From Natronospirales bacterium (GTDB taxonomy: Bacteria; Pseudomonadota; Gammaproteobacteria; Natronospirales; REEB76): a DNA stretch of 64,000 bases. This document shows positions 1 through 13,477 of the stretch, one piece after another. Each line of letters opens with the position of its first letter. Positions within the stretch are counted from its first letter, which is position 1. The stretch covers positions 11,717 through 75,716 of the forward strand of contig JAJYUH010000005.1 of the NCBI GenBank assembly GCA_021792635.1, in the 5' to 3' direction. The position numbers were made by a program, and so were the translations under genes. The notes beneath the pieces were generated by a model that ran no database searches, was not told the origin of the DNA, and was given only the letters and a program-made list of their open reading frames with translations.

Positions 1-1262
1 CCGGGCATCTGCAGTTCGTAGAGGCCGAACATGGACAGTGCCAGCAGCACGAAGATGAGGCTGAACACACTCACGATCCAGGGATTCTGGAACCAGGCTT
101 GCAGGTTCGCGCCGGCGAGTGCCACCACGATGCCCGCCACGGTATAGGTGAGCGCCATGGCGAGCACATACACCAGTGAAAGGAAAAATGCACGCGCAGT
201 GGACGGTTTTTCATGCTGGCCGGCGATCAGTCCGGCGATGATGGGAATCATCGGCAGCACGCAGGGCGTGAAGGTAAGCGCCAGCCCCAGGCCCAGGAAC
301 ACCAGCAGTACCCAGGCGAGGTTGCCGCTGCGGATAAGCTCGGACAGCCGGCTCTGCTGTGACACCGGCGACGGCACCGTTGGTGTGCCGGCCTGCGGCA
401 CAGCGGTGGCTGGTGCGTAAACTTCGCCCGGTGCGGCAAAGTCAATGTCCACGGTCTTGGTAATGGGCGGATAGCACAGGCCCCGGTCGGCGCATCCCTG
501 GTAGCTGGCGGTCAGTATGAAGCGACTGGCGCTGCCGCTGCGCGTCACCGGAATCAGCGCGTTCACGCTGTGGCGGTAGATTTCGCTGGTGCCGAAGTAT
601 GGGTCATTCTTGATTTCACCCTGCGGAAAACCGGGCATACCCAACTGGATGTGGGGATTGTCGCTGCTGAAATGGAACTTTTGCCGGTACAGGTAATAAC
701 CGTTGGCGATTTGCCAACTGACCAGCACGGTGCTGCTGTCCTGCGCATAAGCCGCAAAATGAAACACCTGATCCGGCGGCGGAAAACTTTGATCGCTGCC
801 GCCGGAAACCAGCGCCGCCAGGTCCGGCGGATGCACGCCGACGGCTGCGGCAGCCGCCAACCGCAGCACGAAATCTTTTTTCTGCGGCGGATAGCAGAAG
901 CCCAGGTCGGCACAGCCTTGGTAATCCACTTCCAGTCGCAGTGGTCCCGAACCGGTATACGGCACGCTGGCGGTCACACCGTTGCGGTAAATCTCCTGAT
1001 CGCCGAAAAACGGGTCGTGGTGCATTTCACCCGGAGGAAATTGCGGCATACCCAGGGTGATTCCGGGCGTGTGGCTGGCGAACTGGAATTTATTCCTGTA
1101 AAGGTAGTAGCCCGGCAGGATGTCCCAGTGCGCCATGATGACGCCATTCTGCGGCTGTACCTGCAGGCGATACACCTGGTCCGGCGGTAGCGGCTGCGCA
1201 TCGGCATGGACCAGCCCGGGCAGGAGGGCGATAAGCCCAATCAAAAAGGCGGATTTTTTCAT
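1..1262 (-). CDS. dsbD: Thiol:disulfide interchange protein DsbD, partial (C-terminus lies beyond the window start). It carries two tandem N-terminal DsbD-alpha-like modules.
   Basis: Not in the ORF track because it is open at the window edge. Reverse translation from ATG 1260-1262 gives MKKSAFLIGLIALLPGLVHA (signal peptide). Two similar modules follow, each ending YQGCAD(L/R)G(F/L)CYPP, then a membrane region with the TFTPCVLPMIPI motif typical of the DsbD core. The start overlaps the cutA stop (ATGA), the classical cutA-dsbD arrangement. Confidence 0.85.
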   Translation of the reverse strand, partial: MKKSAFLIGLIALLPGLVHADAQPLPPDQVYRLQVQPQNGVIMAHWDILPGYYLYRNKFQFASHTPGITLGMPQFPPGEMHHDPFFGDQEIYRNGVTASVPYTGSGPLRLEVDYQGCADLGFCYPPQKKDFVLRLAAAAAVGVHPPDLAALVSGGSDQSFPPPDQVFHFAAYAQDSSTVLVSWQIANGYYLYRQKFHFSSDNPHIQLGMPGFPQGEIKNDPYFGTSEIYRHSVNALIPVTRSGSASRFILTASYQGCADRGLCYPPITKTVDIDFAAPGEVYAPATAVPQAGTPTVPSPVSQQSRLSELIRSGNLAWVLLVFLGLGLALTFTPCVLPMIPIIAGLIAGQHEKPSTARAFFLSLVYVLAMALTYTVAGIVVALAGANLQAWFQNPWIVSVFSLIFVLLALSMFGLYELQMP

Positions 1263-1585
1263 GGCACTTGGGTGTTCTCGGTGAGCCAATTCAGATAAGC
1301 CGGATCGCCGTCCCGGATGGGCAGGGCGATGATCTCCGGGACTTCATAAGGATGCAAGGCGCGGATACGCTCGCGCACCGGCTTGAACCGGGCGGCGGTA
1401 GTTTTGATGAGCAGCAGGTACTCCGGTTCCCGGTGCAGCGTACCTTGCCAACGATATATAGAGGTAAGCCCCGGCACCAGATTCACGCAGGCGGCGAGGC
1501 GTTCTTCCACCAAGGTGGTAGCCATACGCTCCGCTGACTCCCGGTCAGGGAAGGTAGAAAGTATAACTAATTGATCTTTAAGCAT
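1259..1585 (-). CDS. cutA: Divalent-cation tolerance protein CutA
   Basis: 108 aa ORF, MLKDQLVILSTFPDRESAERMATTLVEERLAACVNLVPGLTSIYRWQG..., a typical CutA1 fold sequence. It lies directly upstream of and is coupled to dsbD. Confidence 0.9.
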   Translation of the reverse strand: MLKDQLVILSTFPDRESAERMATTLVEERLAACVNLVPGLTSIYRWQGTLHREPEYLLLIKTTAARFKPVRERIRALHPYEVPEIIALPIRDGDPAYLNWLTENTQVP

Positions 1586-1617
1586 AAAATATCCCTTATC
1601 GTTTACCAGTTCCAGCT

Positions 1618-1647
1618 CTTGACTCTGTAGGATTCGCCCTTATTATT
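1618..1647 (+). promoter_or_regulatory. Candidate groESL promoter, readable as sigma70-like or sigma32-like
   Basis: TTGACT (1619-1624), a 16 nt spacer, then TATTAT (1641-1646). The same stretch reads CTTGAC-N13-CCCTTATTA, resembling the sigma32 consensus CTTGAA-N13-CCCCATNT. It lies about 95 nt upstream of groES and abuts CIRCE. Confidence 0.5.
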
Positions 1648-1672
1648 AGCACTCAGTTCGGGAGAGTGCTAA
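1646..1672 (+). promoter_or_regulatory. CIRCE operator (HrcA binding site)
   Basis: TTAGCACTC-agttcggga-GAGTGCTAA. This is a perfect match to the CIRCE consensus TTAGCACTC-N9-GAGTGCTAA, 70 nt upstream of the groES ATG. Confidence 0.88.
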
Positions 1673-1741
1673 CAGCCGCCCGACCCGTTTCCACATCAGA
1701 CCGTCAAACCTGAGAAATCATTTCGTGAGGAGAGTGATCTT

Positions 1742-2035
1742 ATGAAGCTACGTCCACTTCATGACCGGGTGATTATCAAGCGCCTGGATTCAGAAACCAA
1801 ATCCCCCGGCGGCATCGTCATTCCCGATACCGCGGCCGAAAAGCCCATCAAGGGCGAGGTCAAAGCCGTTGGCAACGGCAAGATCCTGGAAAACGGCGAG
1901 ATCCGTGCCCTGGATGTGAAGGCCGGTGACAAGGTACTGTTCGGCAAGTATTCCGGCACTGAGGTCAAGGTAGATGGCGAGGAACTGCTGGTGATGAAAG
2001 AAGAAGACATCATGGCAGTGATCGAAAGCAAGTAA
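1742..2035 (+). CDS. groES: Co-chaperonin GroES
   Basis: 97 aa, [35 protein letters not shown]...; canonical GroES. Confidence 0.98.
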   Translation: MKLRPLHDRVIIKRLDSETKSPGGIVIPDTAAEKPIKGEVKAVGNGKILENGEIRALDVKAGDKVLFGKYSGTEVKVDGEELLVMKEEDIMAVIESK

Positions 2036-2073
2036 CGCTGCCGCTGTCCCACTTTCAACATGAAATTCATTAG

Positions 2074-3720
<1,647 letters not shown>

Positions 3721-3742
3721 TAACCGACAGGAATGTTGGAAG

Positions 3743-3775
3743 AAAAACCCCGCTTCGGCGGGGTTTTTCTTTTGA
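3743..3775 (+). terminator. Rho-independent terminator of groESL
   Basis: aaaaccccgc-ttcg-gcggggtttt hairpin followed by tcttttg, about 23 nt after the groEL stop. Confidence 0.8.
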
Positions 3776-3880
3776 TTTTGCGGATTTCAGTGCGGGAATT
3801 ATTCCCTCATGGCGAATTGATATGGCCACTTCCTGGAGGTGGCTGGGAAAACCACTCGCTTGTCATTTTGCTGACTGGAT

Positions 3881-4300
3881 TCAGCCGTGCCAGGGATTAA
3901 GCAGCGGAATGCCCATGGGCGCAAAATCGCTCAGGTCGCGGGTGACGACGGTCAAACCATGCACCAATGCCGTGGCGGCAATCAGTGCGCCGCGGATTGG
4001 ACGCGGGGCGGGCACGTGCAGGGCTGCGCTGCGACGGGCAACGGCCAGATCCACGGGCAGGATGCGCTCGGCAAAGGCAGGCATCACGTGCCCATCCAAC
4101 CATGAGCGCAGAATCGCACCCTGAGCCGGATCGCGCCGTTCGACGAGCAGCGTGTCGATTTCAAGCTCTTGGACGACGATGACGGACAGGAAAAAGCTAT
4201 CCGCCGACACCGTTCGCGCCCATGCGGTGACGTGCGGATCGGCCTTATTCGCTCTTGCCTTGCGCAGCTCGGAGAGAACGTTGGTATCGAGCAAAAACAT
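3881..4300 (-). CDS. vapC: PIN-domain toxin (VapC/FitB-like)
   Basis: 139 aa, MFLLDTNVLSELRK... with an acidic PIN signature (D5, E in VQELE, later D). It follows a small antitoxin gene, overlapping it by 1 nt. Confidence 0.8.
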   Translation of the reverse strand: MFLLDTNVLSELRKARANKADPHVTAWARTVSADSFFLSVIVVQELEIDTLLVERRDPAQGAILRSWLDGHVMPAFAERILPVDLAVARRSAALHVPAPRPIRGALIAATALVHGLTVVTRDLSDFAPMGIPLLNPWHG

Positions 4301-4557
4301 CAGGGCAGAGCGGCCGGGCGGGCGGATTCCCGCGAGCGGGGGAACTCCACCTCGATCTCCTCGATGCCCGGGGGTAGGCCGAGGTTATCAATCATGTTCG
4401 CTTGCCGGCCGAGGAGACGCTGATACTCCCGAATGCTCAAGAGCACATGCGCGGGTCGGCCGCGGTCGGTGATGAAGACCGGACCTTTGGAAGCCGCTTT
4501 TTTAGCGCGGCCCCTGTCCTGATTGAATTCCCGGCTCGAAAACGTGGTGGGGCGCAT
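4300..4557 (-). CDS. Phd/YefM-type antitoxin
   Basis: 85 aa, MRPTTFSSREFNQDRGRAKKAASKGPVFITDRGRPAHVLLSIREYQRLL, the typical Phd/YefM N-terminal domain. It lies immediately upstream of the PIN toxin. Confidence 0.75.
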   Translation of the reverse strand: MRPTTFSSREFNQDRGRAKKAASKGPVFITDRGRPAHVLLSIREYQRLLGRQANMIDNLGLPPGIEEIEVEFPRSRESARPAALP

Positions 4558-4599
4558 GGCTACGTCCGCAGGAAAGTAGAGATGTAGGAACGTTACTAC

Positions 4600-5965
<1,366 letters not shown>

Positions 5966-5966
5966 C

Positions 5967-6041
5967 ATGAAACGGTCGAGACGGAATCATACGGCACTGT
6001 TCAAGGCGACGCAATCGCATTCTTCGGGATTCAGCGCGTAG
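5967..6041 (+). pseudogene. Possible remnant of an IS3-family orfA (first ~14 codons only)
   Basis: A strong AAGGAGG RBS at 5952-5958, then ATG. MKRSRRNHTALFKA resembles the N-terminus (RRxHxxxFKAK) of IS3/IS407-group OrfA proteins. The frame then diverges and stops after 24 codons. Confidence 0.3.
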
Positions 6042-6073
6042 GTTGGGGTGAGCGCAGCGAACCCCAACGATAA

Positions 6074-8463
<2,390 letters not shown>

Positions 8464-8467
<4 letters not shown>

Positions 8468-10377
8468 GGCGGCGGGCCGGGCGCCGCCGCCACGGACGGA
8501 ACCGGCATCAGCGACATGGGCGCCAGCAGTTCGGGTACGCCGCCATTGAAGGTGGCCCAGTCCAACTGGCGATGAATGCGTCCGGCACTGTCCATGCTGA
8601 GCAGTCCGGTCATGCCCTGCACCGGCGCGGTGAAGTTCCGGCCCTTGTACAGCAGCGGCACCAGCCGCCAGGCATCAAAACCCAGCGCGTACAGGCGGCC
8701 GTTGGCGTGGAAATTATTCGGCCACAGCGCCGCCACCTTTTTGCTGGTGTCAGCCGCCGCGCCGCTGCTTTCCAGCGTCCACGGCATGTCATCAAAGGTG
8801 ATGCCGTCCAGATCGGTATCCGCCGGTTCGCCGGGCTGGTACACCTGCGAGATGGAATACACCGGCACGCTGATGGCATGGTAGAACCGGAGTTGCGGGC
8901 GGATCAGTTTGGCGTCGCCGGGACGTGCCGCCAGGAAAATGAACTGGATGTCCTGGCGGCGGCGCGGCTCGAACTGCAGATGTGTGCCGAGGAACGCGGC
9001 GAGTTGTTCCTCGCGATACTGGCTCTGGTCCAGGTTGAGCAGGCGCATGATGGGCACGGAGTAATCGCTGGCCGCGGCCTGATAGGTCTGGGCTCCGAGC
9101 AAGGTACCGCCAAGTTGCGTAAAGCGCGCCGAGAAGGCATTGAGTACGCGTGTACCCCAGTTGCTCTGCGGTACCAGCGCCACTCCGCGGGTAAGTCCTT
9201 GCGCCATCAGGCGGTCCGCTACTTGGGCCGCTTCGTCCGTGGGAGGCAGACCGAACTGGTAGAGGTTTGACGGCACCGGCTGGTTGGTTGCCAGCGTGTT
9301 GAGTGCCAGTACCGGCACAGGCAGGGAGCCTAGCGCCGCGATGCCGCCGACCGCGTCCTTGAGCAGCGGCCCCACCACCATGTCGGCGCCCGCTGCCACC
9401 GCCTTCTGGTAGGCTGCTTGCGCGCTTGCTGCGGTACCGCCGGAATCGTACAGGGTGACGATCGGCGCGTTACCGTCCTTTGCCAGTTGGAAGTAGGCCG
9501 TCAGCAGGCCGTCACGGATGGCATCGGCGGCGGACTGGTAGGGACCGGAAAACGGCAGCAGCACGGCAATGTGCGCCGGATAGGTCACCAATTCTTTCTG
9601 TTTTGCGATCAGCTCCGGCACGATGTCCTGATTGGCCGGATGGTTGGGGTAGTCCGCCTGCCAGGCCTTGATCTGTTGCAGCAGGTTTTGCGGCTGCTGC
9701 CAGATATTGCGGGTTATGTCACCAAGCACCAGCCAGCCGCGCACCGTCGCGGAAACGGTTTTTGGCAGTGTCAGGAGATTGACCGGGGTGCGGCTCTGGG
9801 TCACCAGCCGCCAGATGCGCCGGTGATTGGCATGAATGACGGTGCTGTTGTTGCCGAGGAAACTTTCCCGTTCACTCAGATCCTCCACCGCCGCGACCGT
9901 GTCATTCAGGGCGGCATGGACCCGGGCCCGCAATAACAGTGTCCTGGCTTTCAATGCATCGGGTAGCGGCGCCAGCGGAAAATGCAGATGCTTCAGGGCG
10001 GCGTGGGGGTGCTGCGCGGTAAAGTCGAGATTCGCCTTGAGCAGTTCAATGCGGGCGCTGAGCGCCGGATACAGGTTCTGCTTGTGCACCTGCCCCAGCA
10101 GTTTCCATGCCTGCTGACCCTGGTTGGCCTGCCACCAGTCTTCCGCGGCACTCACCAGGTATTCGTTGCGCTGTTGTCCCCGGGCAGTCGCCGCCAGGCT
10201 TGCATAAATCTGTGCGGCGTCGGCAAATCTGTCTGCTTGCTGCAATTGCGCCGCCTCAGCGGCTTTACCTTGCGGGGTCTGCCGCGAGGGAGCGATCGCA
10301 CAACCCGCCAGTAACCCGAGCAGGAGTGCCGGCAGGCAGAAACGACGGACAGAAGCAGGCAGCGGCTTGCCTTGCAT
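8464..10377 (-). CDS. lpoA: Penicillin-binding protein activator LpoA (outer-membrane lipoprotein)
   Basis: Start taken at [26 protein letters not shown] (lipobox LLAGC). Contains an N-terminal TPR-like region plus a C-terminal periplasmic-binding-protein-like region. It is divergent from rsmI as in enterics and pseudomonads. The 763 aa track ORF is an upstream extension into rsmI. Confidence 0.8.
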
Positions 10378-10458
10378 GGGTTTTGGATTCCGGTGCAGGA
10401 TGGACGACGGCGTAATCATACCTTTTACAGACAGGCCGCGGGAAAACCAGGGGGCAGC

Positions 10459-11310
10459 ATGACGGAAAGGAACCAGGGGGTGCTCTACGTGGTGGCCACG
10501 CCCATCGGCAACCTGGAGGATCTGTCCCCGCGGGCCCGGGACACGCTCGCGCAGGTGGCGCTCATTGCCGCCGAGGACACGCGCCACACGGCCAAGCTGC
10601 TCAGTCACTGCGGCATCCGCACGCCGCTGGTTTCGCTGCACGACCACAATGAAGCGGAACGGACCCCCGGCCTGCTTGAAAAACTGTCGGCAGGCGCCTC
10701 TCTGGCGCTGGTGTCGGACGCCGGCACGCCGCTGGTCAGCGATCCCGGTTACCAACTGGTGCGCGCCGCACGCGCCGCCGGCATCCGTGTCAGCCCGGTC
10801 CCGGGAGCCTGTGCGCTGATCGCGGCGTTATCCGCCAGCGGCCTGCCAACCGACCGCTTTGTGTTCGAGGGATTTCTGCCGCAAAAGAGTGCAGCGCGCC
10901 GGGCGCGGCTTGTGAAGCTGGCCGGGGAGACGCGCACGCTGGTTTTTTACGAGTCGGTACACCGCCTGGTGGAATCCCTGGGCGATATGGCGCAGACGTT
11001 CGGCGATACACGCAGTGCGGTGATCGCACGGGAACTCACCAAGCTGCATGAAAGTCTGCGCAACGGTACGCTGCGGGCACTTGCCGCCTGGGCGAAGAGC
11101 GACAGTTACGTCGGCAAGGGCGAAGTGGTGATGCTGGTGGCTGGCGCGGCTTCGGAGAGCGACGGCAGGGATGCGGATGCGGTGCTGGCGGTACTGCTGG
11201 AGGAACTGCCCGTCAAACAGGCGGCGGCCCTGGCGGCGAAACTGACCGGCGGGAAACGCAACGCGCTGTACCAGCGCGCCCTGGAGATCACTAAAACGCA
11301 GAGATCGTGA
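10459..11310 (+). CDS. rsmI: 16S rRNA (cytidine1402-2'-O)-methyltransferase RsmI
   Basis: [44 protein letters not shown]..., a tetrapyrrole-methylase-fold RsmI signature, divergent from lpoA. Confidence 0.9.
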   Translation: MTERNQGVLYVVATPIGNLEDLSPRARDTLAQVALIAAEDTRHTAKLLSHCGIRTPLVSLHDHNEAERTPGLLEKLSAGASLALVSDAGTPLVSDPGYQLVRAARAAGIRVSPVPGACALIAALSASGLPTDRFVFEGFLPQKSAARRARLVKLAGETRTLVFYESVHRLVESLGDMAQTFGDTRSAVIARELTKLHESLRNGTLRALAAWAKSDSYVGKGEVVMLVAGAASESDGRDADAVLAVLLEELPVKQAAALAAKLTGGKRNALYQRALEITKTQRS

Positions 11311-11312
11311 GT

Positions 11313-12011
11313 TTAGCCACTGGGCCCGTACAGGAAGAATTCCGCATCCGAGCCATCCGCGTATTGCGCCAGTGGATACCTGGCGGGCATATGTTCCAGC
11401 GGTGCCCAGGCCGGAAATGTGGCGGTGACGTAATCGCTGAATTGGCGATGTCGCACATGGGACAGGGGGCGTGTGGTCCGCGCGTTCTGGTTGGTGGAAT
11501 AAATCAGAACAAGCTGCTCAGCAGCAGCGAAGAGATTCCGCATATATTGCGCGAATACCGCGTCTTCCACCAAGTGATACAGTATGTCCAGGGACATGGA
11601 CAGCTCCGCTTTGATTCCCAGGGCCGGATCCAGATCCCGGCGTCCATCGTAGATGGCAAAGCGCTTGTGGCTGTCGCCGCTGAATTTCGCGCGGCAATGG
11701 GCCACCGCCGTGGCGGATACATCCAAGCCGAGATAATCCACCTTGCTGTCCAGCAGACCCAGTTGGTTGCCGTCGCCGCAGCCGAATTCCACCGCGGAAC
11801 GAATGCCGTGCCGATGGATGACACTGTTGATGATTTCCGCCTTGAATTCCGCCAGTCTGCCATAGGAGCCTGTTCCGGAGTTGCCTCCGTGAGCATAGCG
11901 TTTCTCCCAGTATTCTGCCGAGCTTTTAAAGTCGAGTATATTGAAGAAACCGTACAGCCTGGCTGTCAGCCGGCGTAACGGCGAACGACGAGACATATCG
12001 TGGTGTGTCAT
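11313..12011 (-). CDS. Class I SAM-dependent methyltransferase, substrate unknown
   Basis: Contains the VEFGCGDGNQL motif I and downstream LDVS / LDILYHL blocks. The start is ambiguous (ATG 12011 or 11996). The longer track ORF would run into rnpB. Visibly lower GC than its neighbours. Confidence 0.7.
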   Translation of the reverse strand: MTHHDMSRRSPLRRLTARLYGFFNILDFKSSAEYWEKRYAHGGNSGTGSYGRLAEFKAEIINSVIHRHGIRSAVEFGCGDGNQLGLLDSKVDYLGLDVSATAVAHCRAKFSGDSHKRFAIYDGRRDLDPALGIKAELSMSLDILYHLVEDAVFAQYMRNLFAAAEQLVLIYSTNQNARTTRPLSHVRHRQFSDYVTATFPAWAPLEHMPARYPLAQYADGSDAEFFLYGPSG

Positions 12012-12145
12012 TGCAAGTGATACGGCTTGCGGATACTTGCATGAAGTATGCCGTGAGCCTGGGCTGCCCGCCACCCGCGCCCGGTTGTCGTGATGCCGGA
12101 GCGCGGCCATTGTTTAAGCCGGGCGCATTGCGTATTGTGCGCTGC

Positions 12146-12505
12146 GGAGTCGGCCGGACAGTCGCGGTGCGCAAGCGCCGAGGAAAGTCCGGGCTCCACA
12201 GGACAGGATGCCAGGTAACGCCTGGGGGGCGCGAGCCCACGGACAGTGCCACAGAAAACATACCGCCCAAGCGCGCAAGCGCCGGCAAGGGTGAAAAGGT
12301 GCGGTAAGAGCGCACCGCGCGGCGGGTAACCGTCCGCGGCACGGAAAACCCCATCCGGAGCAAGACCAAATAGGGAAGCACGCGGACTTGTGCCGCACGT
12401 GCGGTCCGCACGGCTTCCGGGTAGGTCGCTTGAGGTGCGCGGTGACGCGCATCCCAGATGAATGGCTGTCCCTGACAGAACCCGGCTTACAGGCCGACTC
12501 CTTTC
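12146..12505 (+). ncRNA. rnpB: RNase P RNA, bacterial type A
   Basis: Near-identical conserved blocks to E. coli M1 RNA: GAGGAAAGTCCGGGCTCCACAGG, GCCAGGTAACGCCTGGG, GGTGAAAAGGTGCGGTAAGAGCGCACCGCGCGG, CCCAGATGAATGGCTGTCC, ACAGAACCCGGCTTAC. The 5' GGAGTCGGCC pairs with the 3' GGCCGACTCC. Ends are accurate to about 5 nt. Confidence 0.92.
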
Positions 12506-12936
12506 GTCTTAATGGCCCGTCAAATTCTCCGATTGCCCCGGCCTTCGCCTTGAAACGGGAGTGCCAGGGTTGCCCGCGACGGTTCCGGCCCCCGGCCGAT
12601 CTCTGTGGCCGGATCAGGGGCCAAAATGGCCATCACCGAACCGATACCGGGGGAATAGTCATTTCTGATAATGACTCAAAGTCAGTTAGACATCATTTCA
12701 GATGGTGAGATTTTGCCCATTCAGGTAGCTCCCAGCCGGTCCAGCAGGCGCTGTGACAGTTCCCTGGTGCGTGAAAGCGATACAGTGTAAGGCTACCAAA
12801 CTGCGAGAAATAGACTTAACGTGCTCTCTAAGATAACTTCCTAAGCCACTGATTTCACGTATTTTATTTTATAGAAAATTCACGCCAAATCGCTTCTAAG
12901 TCTCTGTCTTGCAAGCAATTTTTTTCTGTTTCGCCC

Positions 12937-12965
12937 TTGACGTGGTGTTACCTGCTTCCTATAGT
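12937..12965 (+). promoter_or_regulatory. Candidate dcw promoter (Pmra)
   Basis: TTGACG (12937-12942), a 17 nt spacer, then TATAGT (12960-12965), about 57 nt upstream of the mraZ start. Confidence 0.6.
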
Positions 12966-12972
12966 GTGTTGG

Positions 12973-12997
12973 GTGGGAAAAAGTGGAATGAAATGGG
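12973..12997 (+). promoter_or_regulatory. Candidate MraZ operator: three direct repeats at 10-bp phasing
   Basis: GTGGG (12973), GTGGA (12983) and ATGGG (12993) at exactly 10-bp spacing, just downstream of the -10. This matches the organisation of the E. coli MraZ binding repeats (GTGGG-type). Confidence 0.55.
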
Positions 12998-13021
12998 ATG
13001 AATTTATAACGGAGTGGGCAT

Positions 13022-13477
13022 GTGTTTCGCGGCGTGAACAACCTGACGCTGGATGCCAAAGGGCGGCTTGCCGTCCCGGTACGTTATCGCGAACGCCTCA
13101 CAGCGGCATGCAACGGCCAGTTGGTGGTCACTATTGATCGTGGCTATTACCTGCTGATCTATCCGCTGCCCACTTGGGAAGAAATCGAAACCAAACTGGT
13201 GCACCTGCCGAGCCTGCATCCACAAGTGCGCGAATTGCAGCGCCTGCTGGTGGGGCATGCCACGGAAGTCAGCATGGACGGCCATGGCCGGGTGCTGCTG
13301 CCGCCGGCATTGCGCGAATTCGCCCGACTCGAGCGCGACGTGGTGTTGCTCGGGCTCATGAACAAATTCGAGTTGTGGGACAAGACCGCCTGGGACGCGC
13401 AGCGCGCGGAAAGCCTCGCGGGTGAGCACGGTGCGGGTGGCGGCCTGCCGGAGGAGCTGGCCGGGCTTTCGCTGTGA
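13022..13477 (+). CDS. mraZ: Transcriptional regulator MraZ
   Basis: 151 aa, GTG start, MFRGVNNLTLDAKGRLAVPVRYRERL..., with two SpoVT/AbrB-like repeats. First gene of the dcw cluster. Confidence 0.95.
   Translation: MFRGVNNLTLDAKGRLAVPVRYRERLTAACNGQLVVTIDRGYYLLIYPLPTWEEIETKLVHLPSLHPQVRELQRLLVGHATEVSMDGHGRVLLPPALREFARLERDVVLLGLMNKFELWDKTAWDAQRAESLAGEHGAGGGLPEELAGLSL

Noticed and set aside
10378-10755. N-terminal 125 aa extension of the lpoA ORF overlapping rsmI
   Set aside because: An internal Met followed by a textbook lipoprotein signal (LLAGC) gives the biologically sensible start. The extension would overlap the divergent rsmI gene and promoter.
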